Origin: Octopus sinensis
Taxonomy: Eukaryota
Length of the DNA: 64,000 nucleotides
Assembly: GCF_006345805.1 (NCBI RefSeq)
Contig: NC_043023.1
Location: 19,344,001-19,408,000 of the forward strand
Direction of reading: 5' to 3'
Made by a program: the position numbers and the translations under genes. Of the stretch, positions 36,601 through 49,988 are shown one piece after another. Within the stretch, counting starts at the first letter, position 1. Every line of letters starts with the position of its first letter. The notes below the pieces were generated by a model. It did not search any database, was not told where the DNA came from, and saw only the letters and a list, made by a program, of their open reading frames with translations.

Positions 36601-38454
36601 ATTATTATTATTGTTGTTATTAAGGCAGTGAGCTGGCAGAATTGCTAGCATGCCAGGAAAAATGCTCAACAGCATTTCATCTGTCATTACACTCTGAGTT
36701 CAAATTCCACTGAGGTCGACTTTGCCTTTCTTTCTTTCGGAGATCAATAAAATAAGTCCTAGTTGAGCACCGGGGGTGGGTTGATGTAATTGACTGTCCC
36801 CCTCCACCAAATTTCAGGCCTTGTGCGTGTAATAGAAAGGATCATTATTATTATTATTATCCTCAAAGCCTTGTCTGGCCCCCGTGCCGGTGGCATGTAA
36901 AAAGCACCATCCGATCGTGGCCGTTTGCCAGTCTCGTCTGGCACCTGTGCTGGTGGCACGTAAAAAGCACCCACTACACTCACGAAGTGGTTGGCATTAG
37001 GAAGGGCATTCAGCTGTAGAAACACTGCCAGATCAGACTGGGGCCTGGTGCAGCCTCCTGGCTTCCCAGACCCCAGTTGAACCGTCCAACCCATGCTAGC
37101 ATGGAAAACGGATGTTAAACGAATGATGAACCCTTTAGCATTTAAGGCAGCCCAAATATTTTATCCATTTTACGTTAAAACTGGCCAGATCCAGCCTCTC
37201 ACACCTACCCTACAATGTCATTCTAAAAATAAACCATCACATTATTGAAATCTTGAAGCTACAAGATACTACACATTTAATTTTTTTTAAATATGAATAA
37301 ATAAACCAACTTTATATACCGTCCTTTCAGAGTCTATAAAATATCAGTGAGCCTTGATTGCTTTTCTCATACACCTGTACTATTGAAGTTACCTTGCAGT
37401 TTGCAGGACTACGAACATGGAGGCTGGAGGTGGGGCTCAGCTTCACGCTAGGGGAGGAGAGACACAGAGCAGGGTTTTGTAGAGGGGTCTTTGTGGCTAG
37501 GCACTAGCTGCGTAAAAGTGAGTGGGTGATTTGCAAGATTGTACAGGAAGAAGAATTTGGGGTGACGAGGCAGACTATGAAAACAGGTTGGGTTGGGTGA
37601 AACAAGACCCATGAGTTGGGGAGGGTAGGCGGAAGCCGAGGAGCAGTGGCAGCAAGAAACAGGAGTAGTAAAGATGATACTGTCGTTCGGGTACGGAACA
37701 GGACCCTTGGTAGTCTGAAGGAATTGGGGCTATGGGGTGGGAGGAGGCAGGCATAATGCATAAATGGAGGGGGTACAGTAACAGGCAGAGAACCCAAAAC
37801 ATATATATTATATACATACATACCTCATTTGTGAATTAACAAGGCTACCAATGGTTTCATGTAATGATCAATCTCTTAATTATCAAGCTTGCCACGTGGG
37901 AATGTAGGTACTCGTCTCCGTTTTGGATGAGAATACACAGTCATACAAGATTGTACGGGATTTTGGGATAAATAAATATGCAGATCATGGGAGGTAACTT
38001 ATAAGAATACACGTTTCAGTGTACTAAATCCACTCAAAGGTTTGGTCAAGTCAGGGCTATAGCAGAAGACACTTGCCCAGGGTGCTGCATTGTGGGACTG
38101 AACCCAAGATCACAAAGCTGGTAAGCAAACTTCTTAATCAAACAGGTATGACTGTGCCTGAACTGGGTAACAGATTAGGTCTATCACCCAGGTAGGTCAT
38201 GGCAGTATTTGAACTTAAAACACAAAGAGCCAGAACAGAAGCAGCAAGGCACCCTGTCCGACCTTCTTAGTTCTGGCTTGGCACAGGTTGTTTTTGCTAT
38301 TTTTACTGCCCTACCCCAGCCCAAAATAAAATGTAAAGTCGACCTCAGTGTGATCTGAACTCAGAATGCAGAATTTGAAAAATAATGCCACAAGGAAATC
38401 TGTTCCTTACTCTAACAAGTCTACCAATTCACTACTAATAGTATGGTGTCATTT

Positions 38455-39060
38455 TAGGGGCATTGGCTGCTATTTCTTGTAGGTTGAACAACTTTGTTAT
38501 TGAAGGTAGATGTGATCTGAGGAATGTTTGGCTGCTATTTCTTGTAGGTAGTGCTATTAATGGTAGAGTACGATTTCAATGACATTTGGCAGCTGTTTTT
38601 TGTAGGTTAACCGATTTCATTATTAATGGTAGGGTGTGATTTGAGTGGCATTTGGCTGTTTCTTATAGGGTATGATTTGAGGGGCATTTGGCTGCTATTT
38701 CTTGCAGATTGAATGATTTTTCTATCAACTGTAAGGTATGATTCGAGAGAGACTTGGCTGCTATTTCTCGTAGGTGGAACAATTTTTCTATCAACTGTAG
38801 AGTATGGCTTGAGGGACATTTGGCTGCTATTTCTTGCAGATTGAATGATTTTTCTATCAACTGTAAGGTATGATTCGAGAGAGACTTGGCTGCTATTTCT
38901 CATAAGTGGAACAATTTTTCTATCAACTGTAGAGTATGGCTTGAGGTACATTATTTGGCTGTTGCTTCTTGCAAATTGAATGATTTTTTTATCAATTGTA
39001 GTGTATGATCCGAGGGACACTTGGCCACTATTTCTTGTAGGTTGAACAATTATTTAAAAA
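38455..39060. repeat. Tandem repeat of about 66 bp with a dimeric period of about 132 bp
   Basis: ttggctgctatttc recurs about every 65-67 bp, and alternate units are more alike. Confidence 0.8.
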
Positions 39061-39269
39061 AGCTCTCCTCGTTAACTGCTGAAGAAGTGACTAGCCATTA
39101 TGTAGGACATTCTCTCGTTAAATTAAAAAGACAGAATGGCCAGCAGCTAGAAAAGAGGAGGGCGGGTGTAGAAGAAACATTTCGTTTCAATGTTGTGACA
39201 TGGTTGTTAATACATAGGTTTTTATTCAATTAGGACAATCAAAAATTAATTAGGTAAACATTAACAAAT

Positions 39270-39310
<41 letters not shown>

Positions 39311-39891
39311 ATATACACATATATATATATATGCGTGTATTTTTTTTTTTTAAATGCTTTAAAAATATGAAAATTCAAATTTTATACACCCCTGTAATCG
39401 GTTAAACTTACTGAGCCTAAAGGTAGTGTACGCTCTCCTCAAATGTTTGAACGCTGCAAGACAGGAACAAATATCACATATTTTTTTTTGGTATTATTAT
39501 TATTATTATTGTTGTTATTATTATTATTATTATTCACTAAATACATTTTATAATACTTTTATGTTATACCTTAACAATTATGTAATAGATAGGTTATAAA
39601 ATATTAACGATACTACCAGTAATAACAATGTGTGAAATTATTATTATTATTATTAGTAATAGTATTTAACATAACAAATTTATACCAAGACGAGAGAAAG
39701 AGAGCGTAACATATTCCTTATAAAGCAAATAATAATAATAAATAATAATAATAATAAAAGGTTCAATTTTTGGCACAAAGCCAGCAATTTTAGTAGAAAG
39801 CTGTTAGTCAATTACATCGGCCCTGGGGCTCAACTGGAACTTATCAACCCCAAAAGGATACAAAGCGAAGTCAACATTGGTGGAATTTGAC

Positions 39892-39927
<36 letters not shown>

Positions 39928-40079
39928 TAATAATAATGGTTTCAAGTTTTGCTACAAGGGCAGCTATTTTTTGGAGGAGGGGATAAGTCGATTATTCTCT
40001 AGAAAAACGACGAAGCCCCGGGGGAGGGTGTGTCAGCATCATTCTTGCTCACGACATCATAAGCGGAAAGTGTAACCTC

Positions 40080-40385
40080 TCGAAAGAGCTGTTCTTCACT
40101 CCTGCTCCAGGGCGTCGGCTGCGGGGGTCACTCCGAAAAGCTCTATCTGCGACGATTTCATCTCAATCGAAGGAGAGGGGCTTTCTCCGTCCGGGTTGCG
40201 GATCCGTGGAATAAGCTGCCGGACGAGATAGTGAAGATGCCGATGACCGCTCGGTTCAAAGTCTCTCTTGACCAGAAATGGCCTGAACTCTTTGCATGAA
40301 CACCCTCCCTGTACATAACTCCATGTCCCCCTACATGGCCTTGCTTTTGCTTTTTGAGCCAAAAAATTAACTTAACTTAACTATC
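40080..40385 (+). mobile_element. 5'-truncated CR1-type LINE 3' end
   Basis: Encodes RLRGHSEKLYLRRFHLNRRRGAFSVRVADPWNKLPDEIVKMPMTARFKVSLDQKWPELFA*; (ttaac)n tail. Confidence 0.85.
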
Positions 40386-40754
40386 CACCCCCCAGCATTC
40401 AACTGGTACTTATTTTATCGACCCCGAAAGGATGAAAGGTAAAGTCAACCTTGGTAAAATTGAACTCAGAAAATGTAGCAACAGATGAATTACCACAATT
40501 CTGCCAGCTTGCCACCTTAATAATAATAATAATAATAATCATCCTTTCCACTAAAAGCAGAAGGCCTGAAATTTGGGGGTAGGGAGCTAGTCGATTACAT
40601 CGCCCCTAGTGTTCAACAGGTACTTATTTTATCGAACCCATCATAAAGAAAGGTAAAAATTGACCTTGGCTGAATTTGAACTCAGAACATAGCGATGGGC
40701 GAAATACCGCTAAGTATTTCGTTTGGCGTGCTAATGATTCTGACAGCTCACCAC

Positions 40755-41116
40755 CATAATAATAATAAATAATAAATAATAAATAATAAATAATAAATAA
40801 TATAATAATAATAATAATAATAAATAATAAATAATAATAATATAATAATATATAATAATAATAATAAATAATAATAATAATAAATAATAATAATATAATA
40901 ATAATAAATAATAAATAATAAATAATAAATAATAATAATATAATAATAATAATAAATAATAAATAATAATAATAATAAATAATAATAATAATAATAATAA
41001 TAAATAATAAATAATAATAATAATAAATAATAATAAATAATAAATAATAATAATAATAATAATAAATAATAATAATAATAAATAATAAATAATAATAAAA
41101 TAATAATAATAATATA

Positions 41117-41148
<32 letters not shown>
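40755..41148. repeat. (AAT)n/(AAAT)n microsatellite of about 390 bp
   Basis: Read directly from the sequence. Confidence 0.95.
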
Positions 41149-41149
<1 letters not shown>

Positions 41150-43074
41150 CCTTTCTACTAAAAGCAGAAGGCCTGAAATTTAGGGGTAGGGTGCTAGTCA
41201 ATTACATCGACCCCAGTCTTTCATTGGTACTAAATTTATCAACCCCGAAAGGATGAAAGGCAAAGTGAAACTCGATGGAATTTAAACTCAGAACCTAAGG
41301 AGAGACAAAATACCTATTTCTTTATTACCCACAAGGGGCTAAAAGACAGAGGGGACAAACAAGGACGGACATAGGTATTAAGTTGATTACATCGACCCCG
41401 AAAGGATGAAAGGCAAAGTCGACCTTGGCGGAATTTGAACTCACAACGTAACGGCAGACGATCTACCGCTAAGCATTTCGCCCGGCGTGCTAACATTTAT
41501 GCCAGCTTGCCGTCCTATTACTACTACTACTAATAATAATAATCTTTTCTACTATAGGCACAAAGCCCGAAATCTGAGGGGAAAAGATTAGTCAATTACA
41601 TCGACCCCAGTGTTCTATTGGAACTTATTTTATTGGCAACAAAGGGACGAAAGTCAACCCCAGCAGAATTTGAACTCAGAACGTAAATGGAGAGATAGGA
41701 ACAGGTATTCTGCTGTAGAGGAGATACATGGCTACTCCATATTATATAAGGATGGGTGGCTGTATGCATGGCGTTGAGGGTTCATATAATGATAGAGGGA
41801 TAAGGACAGATGTCTGGCTGTAGAAGAGATTTATCGTTACCTCAGCTAGAGGGAGATATGGTGAGGGAGCACCTTCAGCGTACAAGGTGAGCACAAGATA
41901 GAGAATAAGGACAGAGAAACAAAGGATTGGTGGACAGGTGAAACCACAAGAGTGTGGAAAGAGTGTTGCAGATGATATTAGAGGAGAACTGGAGAAGGAA
42001 CTGACATTCTAAAGGGACATAAAAACAAGGGGTGATACATCATCTGTTTCTTTATTACCCACAAGGGGCTAAACATAGAGGGGACAAACAAGGACAGACA
42101 AACGGATTAAGTCGATTACATCGACCCCAGTGCATAACTGGTATCATCGTCATCATACATCCATGTTCAATGCTGGCATGACAAGAGTGGTTGGGTCCAA
42201 GGATTGCACCATGCTCCAGTGTCCCCTTTGGCAGAGCTTCTATGGCCAGATGCCTTTCCGAATTCCAACCACTTTTACAGCAGGGACTGGGTGCTTTTTC
42301 TGCATGGCACCTGCACTATTGAGGTCGCCATGCAGTTCACAGGACCACAAGCCCCGGGGGGGGGGAAGGTGTGTCAGCATCATGCTAAACGATGAGGAGA
42401 TTACTACAAGAGAGACAGAGGGGAGGAGCAGGGCAGGTTCCTGAAGAGGGATCAGCATGGCCACTCACATCCAGTACAAGGTAGGGGGGGGGGGGAGAAA
42501 ATGATCGGAAGGAGCTGCAAGACACAGATAATAGCAATAAAGCACCCAGGAGGCCCCACAGGGTACCAGCTGAGTAGAAGAGGGTGGGTGATTTGTAAGA
42601 TTGTATGAGAAAGTGAATGAGATGAGGGCATTTAAAATATTAATTTTTTTTCTTTTGACCCTTTAGCATTCGGATTTCTTTGTTGAAATGTTATTTAACC
42701 AATTTATTCACACTGTTTTGAAATAATCGCACGTTATCTTATAACTTCAAGATCCCAATGGTGTGTGTGTTTATTTTTAGGATGACATTGCCGGGTAGGT
42801 GTGAGAAGTTGAATCTGGTCAGTTTTAACAGAAAACATACTATTTAGGCTGGATATGATTGAATTAAATGCTAAAGGGTTAAAGACATTAGGGTATGATT
42901 TTATTACAACAAGGCCCAGTCTTTAGTGTGGTGGTTTGTGTGACCCTGAGGACTATGTTAGAGGAGCACAAGCTTCTAAGACTTCCCATGCAGGACAGGT
43001 CAAAAGATAGGGGCCAGGCTAATATGGACTACTTCTTCCCACAAGGAAAATGCATTTACATAAATGACATTGAC

Positions 43075-43345
43075 TCATCATCATTGTTTAGCGTCTGCTT
43101 TCCATGCTAGCATGGGTTGGACGGTTCGACAGGGGATCTGGGAAGCCAGAAGGCTGCACTAGGCTCCAGTCTGATCTGGCAATGTTTCTACGGCTGGATG
43201 CCCTTCCTAATGCCAACCACTCCGTGAGTGTAGTGGGTGCTTTTTACGTGCAACCGGCACAGGTGCCAGACGGGGCCGTCAAACGGCCATGGTCGGATGG
43301 TGCATTTTATGTGCCACCGGCACGGGGGCCAGGCGAGGCTGATGG
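43075..43345 (-). mobile_element. 5'-truncated RTE 3' end
   Basis: Matches the LINE 3' UTR. Confidence 0.8.
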
Positions 43346-43959
43346 TAAAAAAATAAATTGAAATTACGGAAGGACTTGACGAAAATTTAAAAACCAACGA
43401 GACCTAGGAAAGATCTTCCTTCAGGGCAGGTGACCGATGCCCTTACTGAGGTTGTGGCCCTGACACTAATTCAAGACAATCCAACTGAGATGAGCAGAAA
43501 AGACAACCCAGGGTCAAGAACAGTAAAGTTGACGATGGTCAAAGTTCTACATGGTGCGAATGGCTTAACTAAGTACAGTATGATTTGAAGAAGCTTTGGC
43601 TGCTATTTCATCAATGTCATTTATGAAGAATACCATCAGCAGTTCCAATAATCCATTCATTGCATTTTTGACCCTTTCAATATTAACCTGCCTGAGATCA
43701 GTCATGGTTCGATGATACAAAGTCCCCCCTTATTTTTTTTTTGTAAAAGTGATCTAAGTTAAAACCTTTCATCAAAATTCCATGTTAATTAACATTCCAA
43801 TTGTCAGGTTACTTTATTATAAGAAAAATTATTTTCCTAAGTTCGTTATTTTCAAAATTAATTGAAACAAAAACCATGTACTTCAATAGAAATATGGTAA
43901 TAAAAGGGTTAAAATTTAATTCACAAATTTTGTTGTTCCCTACAATGGCCAATGCATTC

Positions 43960-44540
43960 ATTAATATTGCCAGTATGTCCCCTAAAACAGCCAATACATC
44001 AAAATTATCCTCTATGAACCCAAACATAGTTGGCACAACACTTAATGCAGTTGGAATGTTCCTTAAAGCAGCCGGTGTGTCCCCTAGACCAGTTGGTATG
44101 TTCCCTAAAGCAGCTGATATGACCCCTAGAACAGTAAGTATATTCCCCTCAAGCAGCCAGTATGTCCCCTAGACCAGTTGGTGTGTTCCCTAAAGCAGCT
44201 GATACAACCCCTAGAACAGCCAGTATGTCCCCTAGACCAGTTGGTATGTTCCTTAAAGCAGCTGATACGACCCCTAGAACAGCCAGTATGTTCCCTCAAG
44301 CAGCCAGTACGTCTCCTAGACCAGTTGGTGTGTTCCTTAAAGCAGCTGATACAATCCCTAAAACAGCCAGTATGTTCCCCTTGCTCGAGAGGGTCGGGAA
44401 ACCTCTGAACCACCTGATACAATCCCTAAAACAGCCAGTATGTTCCCTAAAACAGCTGCAACATCCCCTAATGCAACGAGTATAGCCCTAAAGCAGCTAG
44501 CTCTTTAAGCAACCAATATGTTCCCTGAAGTGGTTGATAT
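43960..44540. repeat. Minisatellite of 21-bp subunits (cagccagtatgttccctaaag) forming a repeat of about 63 bp
   Basis: Read directly from the sequence; explains the ORFs at 43801-44485. Confidence 0.8.
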
Positions 44541-44948
44541 GCTCCTTAAAGTCAGCTAAAACTGCAGACAGATGTCCCCAATATGTATATAAATTATACC
44601 CACCCTGTCCCATCATTTGTCCCCTCTATTTAACCCTCAAATGCACACCAAATAAGGGAACATGGGGAGACAAGGTTATTGTCTGAAGTTTATCTTTGCA
44701 GTCAGTATAGTGGAAAACAAGGTGAAAGTGAAATGCGGGGCCAGAAAGAGAAGAGGAAAGAGAGGAAGAAGAGGAGGACAAGTGGCAGCAATGGGAGATT
44801 GATTAGTTTCACTCCTGCAATCCGGAAACACGTGAAGGGCCACACCACTCCATTTAGAAACATAAAAAAAAAAAAAAGGCGCAGAGTCAAGGGCAGCAGG
44901 GGTGGGACGGGGTGGGTCGGTTAAAAGAACTTCAATGAAAAATCTTAC

Positions 44949-45128
44949 CATTGTATGGTGGTGGTGGTGGTCCAGAGGGGGGAGGTCCTGGAGGACCAGG
45001 AGGTCCCTGCTGCGGCGAAGACTGACTGGTGCGAGAGTTGCGGGAGACATACCGGCTGGGTTCCCTTCTGTTTCCACTGCTACTCCCACTTGGCCCCCGC
45101 TCCGCGGGTTTGCTGTTTGGCTCTTTGG
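44949..45128 (-). CDS. CPSF6: CPSF6/7 exon (180 nt, phase 1-1): AKEPNSKPAERGPSGSSSGNRREPSRYVSRNSRTSQSSPQQGPPGPPGPPPSGPPPPPYN
   Basis: Acceptor tctttcaatttctag, donor GTAAGA. Open and in frame; Gly/Ser/Pro-rich linker. Confidence 0.88.
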
Positions 45129-45269
45129 CTAGAAATTGAAAGAGAATGTATGTAAGGGCTACTCACAACACATGGAATCAGAGATATCTGGCTCTCTGTC
45201 TAGTCTTTTACTGCTTTCAATCATTGGGCGCGGACATACTGGAGCACTGTCTGCAGAAGTTTTAGTCAG

Positions 45270-46150
45270 TTGTACCAACCCTAGCACTGATTTTAACCTG
45301 GTACATATTTTAACATTGCTAATTGCGCATTTGTTATTAAAGGACCATAATTTATACTTGACAGTAAAAGACCACAATTCATACTGGACATTAAAGGACC
45401 AGAAGTCTTATTTAAATTAAAGGATCACAATTTGTATTTCACAATAAAGGATAAATCGCATTTGGCATTCAAGGACCACAATTTATATGGACATTTAAGG
45501 GTCAGAATTCATACTGGACATTAAATAGCCACAACCCATATTTGACAATAAAGGAGCACAATTCGTGAAATTATAGGACCACTATTTGTATTTGACACTA
45601 AAGGATTAAAAGTCTTATTCAAAGTTAAAGGATCACAATTCATACTGGACATTCAATGGCCACAATTTATACTGGACATTAAAAGGCTGCAATCCATATT
45701 TAACATTGAAGGACCACAATTCATACTAACATTAAACAAGCAGTATTGTGTTTGATAAAGGACCACAATTGGTACTGGACATTTAGGGGCCACAATTCAT
45801 ACTAACATTAAACAAGCAGTATTGTATTTGATAAAGGACTAGAAGTCTTATTTTCAATTAAAGAACCACATTAAAGGACCACAATTGATAGCAGACATTT
45901 AAGGGCCACAAATCATACTACCCATTAAAGGGTCACAGTCCACATTTGATATTAAAGGATCATTCTTTCTATTTAACATTGAAGGTCCAGGAGTTTTATA
46001 CGAAATTAAAGGATCATAATTTGTGTTTCATATCAAAGGACAACAAATTGTTTTCGGCACAATTTGTTACAGGAAATTTAAGGGCCATAATTCATGCTGA
46101 ACATTAAAAAAACCACAATCCAAATTTGACATCTGAAGGACCACAATTCA
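45270..46150. repeat. Degenerate minisatellite of about 27 bp (ttaaaggaccacaattcatactggaca)
   Basis: aaggaccaca/aaggatcaca recurs many times. Confidence 0.75.
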
Positions 46151-46611
46151 ACACAGAGAGGGAAGGGTGAAGGGGAGAGGAGAAGATTAGGGAAAGGGTG
46201 GGAGAGAAAAACAGAAAGGAGGGACAAGAGAGAGAGAGGAAGAGAGAGATAGACAGAAAAGAGATAAAGAAAATGGTGATTTATTATTAAAAGCAATCAT
46301 CATCTTTTACAGTGGTTTCCATTAATACTCAGTAAGTATTAAATTTATATGATTCACACACAAAGGGGCTGTGGAAAAGTTCCTGGTTTTGAGGGTATCG
46401 CAAAAGGCTTGGCTGGAGACTTTATTTACATTTTTCATGAAAATGAAAACCTCTGCAATAGTTATATCAGATATATATTCAATTTTAAGTTACAGTTTGC
46501 AATGTTCTTTTCCCTTTTTTTAATTAGGATAATTACCATATTTGATGACCTAATAAGATGCGCGAGTGCATAGGACGCACCCATGCCGAAGCTATACTTT
46601 TTTTAAATAAA

Positions 46612-47370
46612 AGGTGGCGAGCTGGCAGAAATGTTAGCACACCGGACGAAATGCTTAGTGGTATTTCGTCTGCCGTTACATTCTGAGTTCTAATTCCGCC
46701 AAGGTTGACTTTGCCTTTCATCCTCTCGGGGTTAATAAATTAAGTCGCAGTTACGCACTGGGGTCAATGTAAACGACTTAATCCCTCTGTGTTTAGCCCC
46801 TTGTGGGTAGTAAAGAATAGGTATTTCGTCTGCCGTTACGTTCTGAGTTCAAATTCCGCCGAGGTCGACTTTGCCTTTCATCCTTTCGGGGTCGATTAAA
46901 TAAGTACCAGTTACACACTGGGGGTCGATATAATCGACTTAATACCTATGTCTGTCCTTGTTTGTCCCCTCTATGTTTAGCCCCTTGTGGGTAGTAAAGA
47001 AATAGGTATTTCGTCTGCTGATACGTTCTCAGTTCAAATTCCGCCGAGGTCGACTTTGCCTTTCATCCTCTCAGGGTTGATAAATTAAGTACCAGTTACG
47101 CACTGGGGTCGATATAATCAACTTAATCTCTCTGTCTGTCCTTGTTTGTCCCCTCTGTGTTTAGCCCCTTGTGGGTAATAAAGAAATAGGTATTTTGTTC
47201 ATCTTTACAGTCTGAGTTCAAATTCCGCCGGTCGACTTTGTCTTTCATCCTTTCGTGGTCGATAAATTAAGTACCAGTTACGCACTGGGGTTGATATAAT
47301 CAACTTAATCTCTCTGTCTGTCCTTGTTTGTCCCCTCTGTGTTTAGCCCCTTGTGGGTAATAAAGAAATA
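46612..47370 (+). mobile_element. SINE family B tetramer (one headed unit plus three headless units) with one outer TSD
   Basis: Units restart at ggtatttcgtctg near 46820, 47006 and 47190. tatactttttttaaa(aa)taaa at 46593-46611 and 47371-47391. Confidence 0.85.
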
Positions 47371-47630
47371 TATACTTTTTTTAAAAATAAATTACCACTA
47401 AAATGTTTTAATTCCTCCACTCACCCATATAAATTAATGTTATTACCAGTAATTATAAGCAATTTATTGCATCCACATTTGATATAAACATACCCTAGGC
47501 AATTGTTCACCAATAGATGGCAGCATATGTTTTGTAAACATACATACTGTTTTCAGTGAGTTTTGAGCCTACAGTGAATGCATTGGACGCAGGGGGATTT
47601 TTAAAGCCATTTTGGGATTTAAAAAAAAAG

Positions 47631-47992
47631 GTGCAGGAGTGGCTGTGTGGTAAGTAGCTTGCTAACCAACCACACGGTTGCGGGTTCAGTCCCACTGCGT
47701 GGCATCTTGGGCAAGTGACTTCTGCTATAGCCCCGGGCCGACCAATGCCTTGTGAGTGGATTTGGTAGATGGAAACTGAAAGAAGCTTGTCGTATATATG
47801 TATATATATGTGTATGTGCGTGTGTGTTTGTGTGTCTGTCCCCCTAGCATTGCTTGACAACCGATGCTGGTGTGTTTAGGTCCCCGTCACTTAGCGGTTC
47901 GGCAAAAAGAGACCGATAGAATAAGTACTAAAAGGTGGTGCTCCAGCATGGCCGCAGTCAAATGACTGAAACAAGTAAAAGAGTAAAAGAGA
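47631..47992 (+). mobile_element. SINE family A
   Basis: Matches the other family A copies. Confidence 0.85.
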
Positions 47993-48469
47993 GTGCGTCT
48001 TATAGGCCATCAATTATGGTAATGCAATTAAATGAAATCAGAATAAATCTTATGCAATCAACTGTAATTGACTTCATTTGGATATGTAATAAATTAATCG
48101 ATTTTACATCACTTTGACACTTAAACCCTTTTGTTACCATATTTCTGTTGAAGTACACAGTTTTCATTTCAATTAATTTCAAAATTAATGAAGAATTTAG
48201 TAAAGCAGATGTCTGGAACATGTATCAACATAAAATTTTAATGGAAGAGTGTAATTTAGATCAATTTAACCCTTTCATTACCAAATTTCTCTTGCAGGAT
48301 ACAGTCTTTGTTTCAATTAATTTTGAAAATAACGAACAATTAAATAAAATAACTCATTAGTAAACTGTTATTTGGAACAAATGAAAATGAAATCTTTGAT
48401 GGAAGGTTTTGTTCATGTTTTAGAATGTTGGAAGGATTGTTCATTGTTTTAGGATGACATCCGAGCGTG

Positions 48470-48815
48470 ATTGTTGCCTGAGCGGCTATCTGGCCTCCGT
48501 GCTGGTGGCACGTAAAAGGGCACCATTCGAGCGTGATCGTTACCAGCATCGCCTTAATGGCACCTGTGCCGGTGACATGTGTAAAAGATTTGAGCGAGGT
48601 CGTTGCCAGTACCGCCTGACTGGCCCCATGCCGGCGGCACGTAAAAAGCACCCACTGCACTCTCGGAGTGGTTGGCGTTAGGAAGGGCATCCAGCTGTAG
48701 AAACTCTGCCAGATCAAGATTGAAGCCTGGTGCAGCCATCTGGTTTGCCAGCCCTCAGTCATTCGTCCAACCCATGCTAACATGGAAAGCGGACGTTAAA
48801 CGATGATGATGATGT
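48470..48815 (+). mobile_element. 5'-truncated RTE 3' end
   Basis: Matches the LINE 3' UTR; (tga)n tail. Confidence 0.8.
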
Positions 48816-49097
48816 TGTAGAGTAGATGTAAGGGGCCAGATCTGGTCATTTTGAACATAAAACCAACCAAATATTAGGGGTGGATATGGTATGTTCCAAT
48901 GCTGAAGGATTAAAACTTGTCCCTACCATGTCGTCCTCTTTTTGCACCAACTGCTTAATGTGCATGCACATATGTGCACGCATGCACCCTTGTCTTGACA
49001 TCACAAGAGGTTTTAAAAAAGTACATCATCACCATCATCATTATACATGCAAATTTATTTGTTTCCAGCCTTCTGAGAAAGCCATATCTGGCCATAG

Positions 49098-49336
49098 GCG
49101 AGCTGGCAAAAACATTAGCACGCCCAGCGAAATGCTTAGCGGTATTTCGTCTGCCGTTACGTTGAGAGTTCAAATTCTGCAGAGGTTGACTTTACCTTTC
49201 ATCCATTCGGGGTCGATAAATTAAGTACCAGTTACGCACTGGGGTCGATGTAATCGACTTAATCCGTTTGTCTGTCCTTGTTTGTCCCCTCTATGTTTAG
49301 CCCCTTGTGGGTAGTAAAAAAAAAACAAAAAAAAAA
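49098..49336 (+). mobile_element. SINE family B with a 15-bp TSD
   Basis: catatctggccatag at 49083-49097 and 49337-49351. Confidence 0.85.
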
Positions 49337-49988
49337 CATATCTGGCCATAGAGAAATGCTATCTTCCTTGGAAACGGGTGAGGGTATGCAGCAGGAAGAG
49401 CATCCAGCCATAGTAAATCTGCTTCAGCAAATTGGGCCTGACCCAGCCATGCATACAAAAGTGAATGTTAGAATGATAATGATGATAAAATGGCTGTGTG
49501 GTAAGAAGCTTGCTTCCCAACCACATGGATCCAGATTCAATCCCACTGTGTGGTACCTTGGGCAAGTGTCTTCCACTATAGCCTCAGGCTGACCAAGGGT
49601 TTGTGAGTGGATTTGGTAGATGGAAACTGAAAGAAGCTCATCATATATATGGCCGTTGCCAGCGTCGCCTGGCCTCCGTGCCAGTGGAATGTAAAAAGCA
49701 CCATCCGAGCGTGGCCATTTGCCAGCCCCGTCTGGCACCTGTGTCGGTGGCATACAAAAAACACCCACTACACTCATGGAGTGGTTGGCGTTAGGAAGAG
49801 CATCCAGCCGTAGAAACATTGTCAAACTGTCCAACCCATACCAGCATAGAAGATGGATGACGATGACGATGATGACGAATGTGAATAAATAAGTAAGCAT
49901 TACATATGACAAAGAAATCTAAAGGGTAAAAGCATAAAACAAACAAAAAGAAAGAAAGAAAGAAAGAAAGAACCAAATGCACTGCTAC

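Noticed and set aside
40755-41148. Cluster of AATAAA poly(A) signals
   Set aside because: They are part of an (AAT/AAAT)n microsatellite and are antisense to the gene.
43801-44485. ORFs with repeated SPRPVGMFPKAA peptides
   Set aside because: Explained by the 21/63-bp minisatellite, open on both strands.
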